Origin: Cupriavidus necator
GTDB lineage: Bacteria; Pseudomonadota; Gammaproteobacteria; Burkholderiales; Burkholderiaceae
DNA length: 32,000 nucleotides
Reading direction: 5' to 3'
Assembly: GCF_016127575.1 (NCBI RefSeq)
Contig: NZ_CP066019.1
Coordinates: forward strand, 2,130,001-2,162,000
The notes beneath the pieces are model-generated. The model was not told the origin of the DNA and did no database searches. It saw only the letters and a program-made list of their open reading frames with translations. Of this stretch, positions 18,306 through 26,941 are shown one piece after another. A program made the translations under genes and the position numbers. Positions within the stretch are counted from its first letter, which is position 1. Each line of letters opens with the position of its first letter.

Positions 18306-18560
18306 TCAGGCCGTCACCTGGCCGAACAGGCCGCACTCCAGGTCGCTCTCGAATTCCTCGACCCAGACCGAACCGGGGCCTGCCTCGTAGACACTGGTCT
18401 TGTCCGTGCCGACCCGGCGCACGCTGATGCGCCGCACCCCGGCCTCGCGGCTTTCCTCGAAAATCTCGAACATCTCGGCCGCCAGCCCGACCTGCCTGCA
18501 TACCTGCAGGACCTGTTGCTGCTCGTCGGCGGGAAATTCGGTGAACGGTCTCGTTGCCAT
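18306..18560 (-). CDS. hypothetical 84-aa protein
   Basis: ATG at 18560 with GGAGG (18566-18570, minus strand) 5 nt upstream; the track uses a TTG at 18575. High GC3, acidic. MATRPFTEFPADEQQQVLQVCRQVG...; no family recognised. Confidence 0.55.
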   Translation of the reverse strand: MATRPFTEFPADEQQQVLQVCRQVGLAAEMFEIFEESREAGVRRISVRRVGTDKTSVYEAGPGSVWVEEFESDLECGLFGQVTA

Positions 18561-18741
18561 GGCATCCTCCGTCAAGGTTGAGATCGCCGCTTGCGCGCAG
18601 CGCTAACGCACGTGGTGCACGGGCACCACGCCTGGAAAAGACATGCCGCGGCCGTCGGCCGGCGGCACACCTGCGCGCCCGCCGCACAACTGCGGCGGGC
18701 CGCAAACCCTCCTGGGAGGTAGTTGTTCGGACTCAGCGGAC

Positions 18742-18906
18742 TCAGCTCTTGCGCTGGGTCACTGCCACGAACGGGGCCGGTGCGTGCTGGACGGACTGGC
18801 TGCCGCAGTTCGGGCAGTTCGGATGGGCAGAGGCGTGTTCCGCGAGATGCTCGGTTTTCTCGAACATATGGCCGCACTTCTCGCAGCGGTATTGGTAGAC
18901 GGGCAT
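18742..18906 (-). CDS. FmdB-family CxxC...CxxC zinc-ribbon protein (54 aa), not in the supplied ORF track
   Basis: Hand translation of the minus strand gives MPVYQYRCEKCGHMFEKTEHLAEHASAHPNCPNCGSQSVQHAPAPFVAVTQRKS*. The MPxYxYxCxxCGxxFE...CPxCG signature is characteristic of the FmdB putative regulatory zinc-ribbon family. It is below the track's length cut-off. Confidence 0.75.
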   Translation of the reverse strand: MPVYQYRCEKCGHMFEKTEHLAEHASAHPNCPNCGSQSVQHAPAPFVAVTQRKS

Positions 18907-19242
18907 GGCGTTCCCCAACGCGGTGCACGCGCCGCGGGGCGCGTGTCAGCTTCATTCTAGGACAGCGGTCCGTGCCCCGAAGCGTGAAAGTTCGCCGTGC
19001 CGGAGCCGGCGCGCTGCGCGCATGCGGGGATGTCACCGCGAATTCACTTTCTCTCGCGGCGCTCCTGCCTGCCGCTGCGTGAATGCGTCTTCCGCCACGC
19101 ATTGACATAAGGCAAATAGCCGGCCGCGCTCGCCGCGGAACAAGCGACGCAATGCTGCGCAAACCCAGGTCAAGCATCGCGGCATGGCGCCGTTCTATTG
19201 GCAGGTCACGCATTTCCCAAACTGGCCGTGTCCATGCCCGCC

Positions 19243-19267
19243 TCAGCTAGTTCCCTGAACTAGCTGA
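19243..19267. promoter_or_regulatory. Perfect 11-bp inverted repeat TCAGCTAGTTC-cct-GAACTAGCTGA upstream of the response-regulator operon (candidate operator)
   Basis: Read directly. About 110 bp upstream of the ATG at 19375, and not followed by a T-tract on either strand. Confidence 0.3.
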
Positions 19268-19333
19268 ATTACGATTCAAGGAGGTGCGGAACATAGCCAG
19301 AATCTCGGATTTGTGGTGGCGCAATCGCCCAGT

Positions 19334-19355
19334 GCAACCGGCGTGGACCGGTTGC
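19334..19355 (+). other. 5' leader hairpin GCAACCGG-cgtgga-CCGGTTGC, 9 nt before the response-regulator SD
   Basis: 8-bp perfect stem read directly. GGAG at 19365-19368, ATG at 19375. Confidence 0.3.
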
Positions 19356-19374
19356 CGCCCATCCGGAGATAGCT

Positions 19375-20022
19375 ATGTACGACGGAGTCTTGCGTGTCGC
19401 CCTGGCGGACGACCACCCGCTGGTCGTGGCCGCCCTGCGCGACTGCCTGCAGCGCAGCGGCAGTGCCCAGATCAGCTGCGAATGCCGCAACGGCACGGAG
19501 TTGCTCGGCGCGCTGGACCAACATCACGCCGATATCGCCATCACCGATTTCTGCATGGGCCACGGCGATACCTCGCTGGACGGCTTCAACCTGCTGGGCC
19601 GCCTGGCGCGTCGCCATCCGCTGACGCGCGTGGTGGTGATCAGCGCCCAGACCAATCCCGCCATCATCCGCCGCGCCATGAAGCTTGGCGTGCGCGCCTT
19701 CGTCAGCAAGGAAGACCACCTGGAGGAGGTCGTGCGCGCCTGCATCCACGTCGCATCCGGCGGCAGCTGCTTCTATTCGCCCGCGGTGCACGCCATCCTG
19801 CAACACGCCACGCTGGCCGGCGCACCGGCCACCGAACTGACGCAGCGCGAACTGGAAGTGATCCGGCTCTATGTGCAGGGCCTGCAGTTGACCGACATCG
19901 CCGGCAAGCTCGGCCGCTCGGTCAGCACCATCTCCAGCCAGAAGACCGTGGCCATGCGCAAGCTGGGGGTGCAGACCAATACCGGCCTGATCCGCTACGC
20001 CTATGAAAACCGCCTGATCTGA
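19375..20022 (+). CDS. two-component response regulator, NarL/FixJ (LuxR-type HTH) family, RcsB/BvgA-like
   Basis: 215 aa. Receiver with DD(12-13), D58 (...IAITDFCMG...) and ...FVSK.... C-terminal ...LTQRELEVIRLYVQGLQLTDIAGKLGRSVSTISSQKTVAMRKLG... is a LuxR HTH. Confidence 0.9.
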   Translation: MYDGVLRVALADDHPLVVAALRDCLQRSGSAQISCECRNGTELLGALDQHHADIAITDFCMGHGDTSLDGFNLLGRLARRHPLTRVVVISAQTNPAIIRRAMKLGVRAFVSKEDHLEEVVRACIHVASGGSCFYSPAVHAILQHATLAGAPATELTQRELEVIRLYVQGLQLTDIAGKLGRSVSTISSQKTVAMRKLGVQTNTGLIRYAYENRLI

Positions 20023-20040
20023 CACGGCCGGAACCCGCCG

Positions 20041-23000
20041 ATGCAGCAAACCGTCGACCGTGCCCGTGAAACCCTGGCCAGCGCCTTCGATGCGCTTGCC
20101 GACAATGCGAGGCGCCAGCAACACCAGTATTCAGTGACCATCGCGGTGCTGATCGCCATCGTGCTGTTCTCCGGCTTGCTGCTTGCCGGCCTGGCCACGG
20201 AACAACACCTGGACTACCGCCGCAGCGACGTCTCGCGGTACGCCGGCTCGGTCTCGCAGTTGCTGCATAACGAGTCCTCGTTCCTGCGGCGCACCGTGCT
20301 GGGCATCCGCTACAACCTGGATGCACCCGCACCGGAGCCATCGCGCGATCCCGGCTTCGGGGCCTTCCGGCGCACCGGCACCGCCAGCCTCCACGTCGAT
20401 GCCGTGCGCAAGGACTATCACCTGCTTGCCACCGAGACAACGCGGCAGGGCTGGGGCGCCGGGCTGCCGGCGCAGTACGTGCGGCTGCGGCAGATTGCCC
20501 TGGCTGCGGTGGCCACGCAACAGGCGTTCGATCTCGACCACGGGGCCTACGCGGTCGCGCTGAACGAGGACAGCGCCGTGGTCATCAGCCAGCCCGAGGC
20601 CGGCGCGCCACCGCTCGCGCTCGACCCGGCGCTGATCCCGCTGCTGCGCACATGGCTGACCCAGGCGCTGCTGGAGCGCAGCGGCCGCAGCGTGCCGGCG
20701 CGCGAGCAGCAGGTCTGGGTGGGTCCGCTGCGCCACCCGGTGGACGACACTCCGGTCATGGTGCTGGCCGGCGCCGCCTATGCCGGCGACACGCCCACCA
20801 TGCTGGTGGCCGCCTGCGTGCCCCTGCACGCCTTCCTGGCCGACTTGCAGCGCGCGGAGGATCCGGCGCTGCTGGCACTGCTCAATCCAGCCGGTCAGGT
20901 CATCGATGTATCGCCGCAAGACTGGCCGGCGGCCTCGGCCAGCGTCAACGATGTGGCAGCCGGCACGCGCCTGCTGTCGCACAGCAGGCTGGATGTCACG
21001 CCATCGGGCATGCGGCTGGTGCAGCCGCTGCCGGCAGGCTTCGGGCAGCTGGTCTACCACCTGCCGTATCGCATGCTGGGCACGGCGCTGGCAGCGGAGC
21101 TGGCCGTGATCGCCGGCGCCATGCTGCTGCTGACCGGCGCCATCGGGCTGGCCGCGCGCTACTGGAGCCGGCACCTGCTGCGGCGCACGCACGCCGAAGC
21201 CTCGCGTGCGCTGGAAAGCGAGCTGATGAACCAGGTGCTGGTCAATGCCACGCCGATCGGCCTTTGCATCGTGCGTCAGCACGACTACGCCGTCCTGACG
21301 TCGAACCCGCTGGCCGGCGTGCTGCTGCAATGGCAGCCCCATGGGCACCTGCCCGATGCCGTAGCGGAGGCGTTCAAGAAACAGCCATGCGGTGGCAGCA
21401 GCGGACAAGCGTCCATTTCCAGCTTTACCGTCGCGGCACCGCCGCGCGTGCCGGCGGATGAGCCATCCGGCCACGGCGACGCCACCCAGCACTTCCTGCA
21501 AATCACCTACGCGCCGGCGCGCTACCGCGATGAGGCAGTGCTGTTCTGCGCCGTGCAGGACTGCACCGCGCAGCAGGCACTGCAAGAGCAGTTGCGCTCC
21601 GCCCAGCAGGCCACCGAGGCAATGATGCGCGCACGCTCGACCTTCTTCGCCGCGATGAGCCACGAAATCCGTACGCCGCTGAACGCATTGCTGGGCAACC
21701 TGGAGCTGCTCGCGCGCGGCAGCGGCCTGGCGGCACACGCGCCCCGGCTCAGGGCGCTGGACAGCGCCGCCGAGGCGCTGCGCCGGATCGTCAACGATGT
21801 GCTGGATTTTTCCAAGATCGATGCCGGCAAGCTCAGGCTGGTCAACGCGCCCTTCCGCCCCGTCGAGGCGCTGGAAAGCGTGGCGCTGACCCATGCGCCG
21901 ATGGTGGCCGGCCGCCCCATCCGCTTCCACCTGCAGCTGTCGCCATCGCTGGATGCTGAGGTCACAGGCGACCGCATGCGCCTGGTGCAGGTGTTGAACA
22001 ACCTGCTGAGCAACGCCTTCAAGTTCACTGCCAGCGGCCGCATCACCTTAAACGGCGAGCTGCGCCAGGACCACCACGGCACGCAGCGGCTGGTCTGCCG
22101 CGTCAGCGATTCCGGCATCGGCATGCCGCCGTCGCTGGCGGCGCGCGTGTTCCAGCCCTTCGTGCAGGGCGATGCCGCAACCGCCAGCCGCTACGGCGGC
22201 ACTGGCCTGGGCTTGTCGATCTGCGCCCGGCTGTGCGAGCTGATGGGCGGCAGCATCAGCGTGGACAGCGTGCCGGACGTGGGCAGCGCGTTCACGGTCT
22301 CGGTGCCGCTGCCGGCGGCCGCTGGCACGCCGCTGCCGCCGGTCCCGCCCGCCGCGGCGCAGTGCGGCGACGTGGTCGTGCTGTGCCAGCACATGCGTAC
22401 CGGCGAGGCCCTGGCCGCGTGGCTCGCCACGGCAGGCTGGCGTGCCGATGTGCTGGCATCGCAGGCGGCCGCACTGGCGTCTTTCCAGGTCAAGGTGCCA
22501 CGCGTTATCGTCGCCACTGAAGAGTACCCCCTGGCCGCACTGGCCGGCCTGCGCGATGCGGCAAAGGTCCCGGTTGTGTGGGTGACACAGGAGGGCCCGC
22601 ATCGGCCGTGCCAGTGCGCCCCCGGCATGCACGAAGTCACGGCCTACAGCCACCGCGCGCTGCTCGACTGCGTGGCCCAGGCGGCCGAAGGCCCGGCGCC
22701 GGCGGCGCAGGCACTCCCGGCATCGGCCGAGGCGCCGCTGACGATCCTTGTCGCCGAGGACAATGCGCTGAACCAGACCCTGATCGCCGAACAGCTGCAG
22801 GCACTTGGCTGCCACCCGATCGTTGCTGGCAACGGCAGGCAGGCACTGGCGGAGCTGAAGAGCACGCACATCGACGCCGTGCTGACCGATATCCATATGC
22901 CAGTCATGGACGGCCATGCGCTGCTGCGCGCGGTGCGCGCGCAGCATCCCGACATGCCGGTACTGGCCTTCAGCGCATTCACTGGCAGCGAGCCATGCGC

Positions 23001-23436
23001 AGACTGGCGCCTGCGCGGCTTTTCCGGCTTTATCGCCAAGCCGGCGTCGTTGCAGGACCTGCAGGCGTGCCTGCATGGCCTGCCCGGCCGCCGGCATGCC
23101 GCGGCCCCTCGCACCAATGACGAGCCAGCTGCGGCTTCCCAGGCAGAAACCGCTGATCGCCGCCGCTACGAAGCCATGCTGCGCCGGCAGCTGCAACAAG
23201 ACCTGCCAGCGTTAGCGCACATCATTGCGCAGCAGAACCTGCCGGCATTGCGGCACTGGGTCCATGCCGCAGCCGGCGCCTTCATGATCGTGCGCCGCCA
23301 GCCCATCGTCGGGGCATGCCTGGCACTGGAAGCACTGTGTGACGGCGCCCAGGCGTGGACCCCGGCCGCCGCAGCCGCGGCCGAAGCCCTGCATGAACGG
23401 CTGCGCGGATACGCGCAGGCCGCCGCAGCGGAATAA
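20041..23436 (+). CDS. hybrid sensor histidine kinase (periplasmic domain - PAS-like - HisKA/HATPase - degenerate receiver-like linker - REC - HPt)
   Basis: 1131 aa. TM segments at about residues 31-53 and 346-372 flank an unassigned loop of about 290 aa. H-box FFAAMSHEIRTPLN (H541). G-boxes ...DSGIGM..., ...GGTGLGLSI.... REC ...ILVAEDNALNQ...VLTDIHMPVMDG (D950). HPt-like ...LRHWVHAAAGAF... (H1075). Confidence 0.9.
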   Translation: MQQTVDRARETLASAFDALADNARRQQHQYSVTIAVLIAIVLFSGLLLAGLATEQHLDYRRSDVSRYAGSVSQLLHNESSFLRRTVLGIRYNLDAPAPEPSRDPGFGAFRRTGTASLHVDAVRKDYHLLATETTRQGWGAGLPAQYVRLRQIALAAVATQQAFDLDHGAYAVALNEDSAVVISQPEAGAPPLALDPALIPLLRTWLTQALLERSGRSVPAREQQVWVGPLRHPVDDTPVMVLAGAAYAGDTPTMLVAACVPLHAFLADLQRAEDPALLALLNPAGQVIDVSPQDWPAASASVNDVAAGTRLLSHSRLDVTPSGMRLVQPLPAGFGQLVYHLPYRMLGTALAAELAVIAGAMLLLTGAIGLAARYWSRHLLRRTHAEASRALESELMNQVLVNATPIGLCIVRQHDYAVLTSNPLAGVLLQWQPHGHLPDAVAEAFKKQPCGGSSGQASISSFTVAAPPRVPADEPSGHGDATQHFLQITYAPARYRDEAVLFCAVQDCTAQQALQEQLRSAQQATEAMMRARSTFFAAMSHEIRTPLNALLGNLELLARGSGLAAHAPRLRALDSAAEALRRIVNDVLDFSKIDAGKLRLVNAPFRPVEALESVALTHAPMVAGRPIRFHLQLSPSLDAEVTGDRMRLVQVLNNLLSNAFKFTASGRITLNGELRQDHHGTQRLVCRVSDSGIGMPPSLAARVFQPFVQGDAATASRYGGTGLGLSICARLCELMGGSISVDSVPDVGSAFTVSVPLPAAAGTPLPPVPPAAAQCGDVVVLCQHMRTGEALAAWLATAGWRADVLASQAAALASFQVKVPRVIVATEEYPLAALAGLRDAAKVPVVWVTQEGPHRPCQCAPGMHEVTAYSHRALLDCVAQAAEGPAPAAQALPASAEAPLTILVAEDNALNQTLIAEQLQALGCHPIVAGNGRQALAELKSTHIDAVLTDIHMPVMDGHALLRAVRAQHPDMPVLAFSAFTGSEPCADWRLRGFSGFIAKPASLQDLQACLHGLPGRRHAAAPRTNDEPAAASQAETADRRRYEAMLRRQLQQDLPALAHIIAQQNLPALRHWVHAAAGAFMIVRRQPIVGACLALEALCDGAQAWTPAAAAAAEALHERLRGYAQAAAAE

Positions 23437-23566
23437 TGCGCGCGGCGCGCTGCGCCTTACCACAATTAGCGGATTTGCGAGCATCGCCACGCGGGACGAT
23501 AATGGCAACGCTGCGCCATGGCCGTCCTGGCCATGCCTGAGCAATGCTGGCGCGGCATTGTCTTCA

Positions 23567-24970
23567 ATGTCTCTCCCCATGCAGCCAGAACAAGGCCTTC
23601 CCCAGCCACAGCGGACCTGGGCGATCCTCACTGTTTTCTTCGGCCTGATCATGGCCGTGCTCGATGGTTCGATCGCCAACATCGCCTTGCCCTCGATCTC
23701 ACGCGAGCTGCAGGCCGATCCGTCCAGCACGATCTGGGTGGTCAACGCTTATCAGCTGACGGTGACCGTGTGCCTGCTGCCGCTCTCGTCGCTGGGGGAC
23801 ATCCTTGGCTACAAGCGCGTGTACCGGGCGGGGCTGGCCACCTTCCTGCTGGGCTCGCTGCTGTGCGCGCTGGCGGTCAACCTGCCGATGCTGGTGGCCG
23901 CGCGCGTGCTGCAGGGCATCGGCGGCGCCGGCATCATGAGCGTCAACACGGCGCTGGTGCGCTTTATCTACCCGCCCACGCGCCTGGGCCGCGGCATCGG
24001 GCTGAACGCGCTGGTGGTCGGCGTGACCATCGCCGTGGGCCCGTCGCTGGGCGCGCTGATCCTGGCGGTCGCCAGCTGGAAATGGCTGTTCGCGGTCAAC
24101 GTGCCGGTGGCCATCGTCGCGCTGGTGCTGAGCCGCACTTCGCTGCCCGCGACGCCGCCGCAGCCGCGCGAGTTCGACTACCACAGCGCGCTGCTGTCGG
24201 CGCTGGTGTTCGGCATGTTCATCCTCGGCGTCGACGGCCTGGGCCACGCCCGCTGGCGCATCGCAGGCGCCGCGGGCATGGCCGCCGCTGTGATGCTGGG
24301 TTGGCTGCTGGTGCGGCGCCAGCACGGGCGCCCCGCGCCGCTGGTGCCGGTGGACCTGTTTTCCAGCCGCTCCTTCACGCTGGCGGTGGGCACCTCGTTC
24401 TGCTCTTTCATGACGCAGATGCTGGCCTTTATCGCGCTGCCGTTCTATCTCGAATACCAGCTCGGCCGCTCCCTGCAGGAAACCGGCCTGCTGATCACGC
24501 CCTGGCCGCTGATGGTGGCGGTGATGGCCACGGTGTCGGGCCGGCTGTCGGACCGCTATCCGGCCAGCATCCTCGCCGGCATCGGCCTGGCCATGCTGGC
24601 GGGCGGGCTGGTCGGGCTGGCCACGCTGGGCCCGGACGCCGGCAGCCTGGATATCGTCTGGCGCATGGCGATGTGCGGCACGGGCTTCGGCTTCTTCCAG
24701 TCCCCCAACAACCGCGCCATGATCGGCGCCACGCCGCCCGAGCGCAGCGGCGGCGCCAGCGGCGCGCAGGCGACCACGCGGCTGCTGGGGCAGACCAGCG
24801 GCACAGCGGTGGTGGCGCTGCTGTTCAGCCTGACGCCGACCGGCGCGGCGCGCATTGCGCTGTATCTGGCGGCGGTGGTGGCGGCGCTGGGGGCCTTGAT
24901 CAGCCTGAGCAGGTTGCGCGATGCCAGCGGCGCGGAACCTGCGCGGGGGGCGGTGGAGCCGGACGCCTGA
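23567..24970 (+). CDS. MFS transporter, DHA2 (EmrB/QacA-like) family
   Basis: ...WAILTVFFGLIMAVLDGSIANIALPSI..., ...VLQGIGGAGIM... and many TM segments. I use the ATG at 23567 (alternative 23579); the track start at 23339 adds a non-hydrophobic Arg/Pro-rich extension. Confidence 0.85.
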   Translation: MSLPMQPEQGLPQPQRTWAILTVFFGLIMAVLDGSIANIALPSISRELQADPSSTIWVVNAYQLTVTVCLLPLSSLGDILGYKRVYRAGLATFLLGSLLCALAVNLPMLVAARVLQGIGGAGIMSVNTALVRFIYPPTRLGRGIGLNALVVGVTIAVGPSLGALILAVASWKWLFAVNVPVAIVALVLSRTSLPATPPQPREFDYHSALLSALVFGMFILGVDGLGHARWRIAGAAGMAAAVMLGWLLVRRQHGRPAPLVPVDLFSSRSFTLAVGTSFCSFMTQMLAFIALPFYLEYQLGRSLQETGLLITPWPLMVAVMATVSGRLSDRYPASILAGIGLAMLAGGLVGLATLGPDAGSLDIVWRMAMCGTGFGFFQSPNNRAMIGATPPERSGGASGAQATTRLLGQTSGTAVVALLFSLTPTGAARIALYLAAVVAALGALISLSRLRDASGAEPARGAVEPDA

Positions 24971-24983
24971 TCAGTGATTGCGT

Positions 24984-25015
24984 GCTCCCCTCTCCCGCAA
25001 GCGGGAGAGGGGAGC
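24984..25015. repeat. REP-like hairpin, copy 3 of 3 (GCTCCCCTCTCCCGC-AA-GCGGGAGAGGGGAGC followed by AAAC)
   Basis: Read directly. Lies between the convergent MFS gene (stop 24970) and the Bug gene (stop 25037). Confidence 0.85.
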
Positions 25016-25036
25016 AAACCCTCTGGGTTTAAAGGC

Positions 25037-26011
25037 CTACTCCGCCTTCGCCCCCGATTCCTTCACCACCCTCGCCCATTTTGCAATCTCCTGGCGCTGG
25101 TATGCCGCCAGTTTCTCCGGCGTCCCCAGGATCGGATCCAGCCCCAGCGTCTTCAGCTTCGCCTGCACATCGGGCAGCGTGAAGATGCGGTTGAGTTCAG
25201 TGTTGAGCCTGGCCACCACATCCTTCGGCGTATTGGCCGGCGCGAACACGGCGAACCATGAATCGGCTTCAAATCCAGGCAAGCCCTGCTCGGCCAGTGT
25301 CGGGATATCCGGTGCCGAGGCCGAGCGCTTCGCGCTGGTAATGCCCAGCGCGCGCAGCTTGCCCTCGCGCACCACGGGCAAGGCCGACGGCAGGTTGTCG
25401 AACATCATGGTGATATGGCCGCCGAGCAGGTCGGGGATGGCCATGGCTCGGCCCTTGTAGGGCACGTGCGTGATCTTGACGCCGGCCATCGAATTGAACA
25501 TTTCTCCGGCCACGTGCGGCGAGGTGCCGACGCCGGGGGTGCCGAAGGTCAGCGCGCCGGGCTTGCTCTTCGCCAGTGCGATCAGCTCGGCCGTGGTCTT
25601 CGCCGGCACGCCGGGGTTGACCACCAGCACGTTGGGCGTCGAGGCGATCATCATGACCGGCGCGAAGTCCTTCACCATGTCGTACGGCATCTTGCTGTAC
25701 AGCGCGCCGTTGATCGAGTGCGTGCCGACCGTGCCCAGTGCCAGGGTGTAGCCGTCCGCCGGCGCGTGCGCCACCGCCTCGGCGCCGATATTGCCGCCCG
25801 CGCCGGGCTTGTTGTCCACGATCACGGGCTGGCCCCACGATGGCGAGATCTTCTCCGAGACGATGCGCGCCAGCGTATCGGGCGCGCCGCCGGTCGGGAA
25901 GCCGACCACGATCCGGATCGGCTTGGCGGGCCAGGTTTGCGCGAGCGCGGGGGCCGCGCCGACCAGCGCGGATGTGACAAGCATTGCCGCGGCAAGGGTG
26001 CCGAAACGCAT
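25037..26011 (-). CDS. Bug-family (TctC-like) tripartite tricarboxylate transporter periplasmic binding protein
   Basis: 324 aa. Signal peptide ...AAPALAQ, then ...WPAKPIRIVVGFPTGGAPDTLARI...VDNKPGAGGNIGAE..., the hallmark of Bug/TctC receptors. AGGAGG SD. Confidence 0.9.
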   Translation of the reverse strand: MRFGTLAAAMLVTSALVGAAPALAQTWPAKPIRIVVGFPTGGAPDTLARIVSEKISPSWGQPVIVDNKPGAGGNIGAEAVAHAPADGYTLALGTVGTHSINGALYSKMPYDMVKDFAPVMMIASTPNVLVVNPGVPAKTTAELIALAKSKPGALTFGTPGVGTSPHVAGEMFNSMAGVKITHVPYKGRAMAIPDLLGGHITMMFDNLPSALPVVREGKLRALGITSAKRSASAPDIPTLAEQGLPGFEADSWFAVFAPANTPKDVVARLNTELNRIFTLPDVQAKLKTLGLDPILGTPEKLAAYQRQEIAKWARVVKESGAKAE

Positions 26012-26059
26012 GGGTGTTCCTCCTGTTGCCGGCGGCTGCGTGGCCGCCTGCTATGTGAA

Positions 26060-26081
26060 GACGGCGGCCACTGCCGCCGTC
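26060..26081 (-). terminator. Hairpin GACGGCGGC-cact-GCCGCCGTC between the SDR and Bug genes (possible intrinsic terminator or attenuator)
   Basis: 9-bp perfect GC-rich stem read directly. On the minus strand it is followed only by TTCACAT, a weak U-tract. Confidence 0.35.
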
Positions 26082-26096
26082 TGAACCTGCTAAGCT

Positions 26097-26909
26097 CTAT
26101 ACCGCGATGCCGCCGAACTCCTGCATCACCTTGTCATGCAGGCGCCGCATGCCGCGCAGCCAGCGGTCATAGTCCTGGCCCTTGCGGCGATAGTACTCAA
26201 GCACCTCCGGGTGCGGCAAGATCAGGAAGCGCTCATCGGCCACCCCTTCCAGCGTCACCGCGGCGACGTGCTCGGCGGTGACCGAGCCTTCCTGCAGGAA
26301 GCCCTTGCGCTCGCCCTTCTCGCCGAACAGCATGTTGGTCTGCACGCCCTGGGGGCAGATGCAGCTGACCTTGATGCCGCGGTCGCCGTAGGTGATCGAC
26401 AGCCACTCGGCAAAGCCGATGGCGGCGTGCTTGGTCACCGCATACGGCGCCGAGCCGATCTGCGACAACAGGCCCGCTGCCGACACCGTGTTGATGAAGT
26501 AGCCGTCGCCGCGCTCCAGCATCTGCGGCAGCACCGCCCTGGCCGCGTGGATATGCGCCATCACGTTGATTTCCCAGATGCGCTGCCACTCGTCGGCGCT
26601 CGCATCCAGCCCCTTGCGCAGGATGATGCCGGCGTTGGAACAGAAGATGTCGACCTGGCCAAAGCGGCGCGTGGCCTCGTCGGCCAGGCCCTGCACGGCG
26701 GCGGCATCGGCCACGTCGACCGGCTGGGCGAACACCTGGCACGCAGGCGCCGCGGCCTGGACCTCGGTGGCAACGGTGGCGGCGCCGGCCGCGTTCAGGT
26801 CGGCCACGGCCACGCCGCGCGCGCCGGCCTGCGCAAAGGCCAGCGCCAGCGCGCGCCCGATGCCGGTGGCCGCGCCAGTCACCACGACGGTCTTGTTGCG
26901 TACTTCCAT
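26097..26909 (-). CDS. short-chain dehydrogenase/reductase (classical SDR)
   Basis: TGAATGIGRA cofactor motif and YAVTK active-site motif. ATG at 26909 preceded by GAGGAG; the track start at 26945 is upstream of that SD. Confidence 0.85.
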   Translation of the reverse strand: MEVRNKTVVVTGAATGIGRALALAFAQAGARGVAVADLNAAGAATVATEVQAAAPACQVFAQPVDVADAAAVQGLADEATRRFGQVDIFCSNAGIILRKGLDASADEWQRIWEINVMAHIHAARAVLPQMLERGDGYFINTVSAAGLLSQIGSAPYAVTKHAAIGFAEWLSITYGDRGIKVSCICPQGVQTNMLFGEKGERKGFLQEGSVTAEHVAAVTLEGVADERFLILPHPEVLEYYRRKGQDYDRWLRGMRRLHDKVMQEFGGIAV

Positions 26910-26941
26910 GGGTTGTCTCCTCGTTGAATTCAGTGCCCGCG

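Noticed and set aside
19279-20006. A strong AAGGAGG followed by track ORF 19284..20006 (240 aa).
   Set aside because: The GTG start abuts the SD with no spacer. The translation is Arg/Pro-rich junk and overlaps the well-supported response regulator in another frame.
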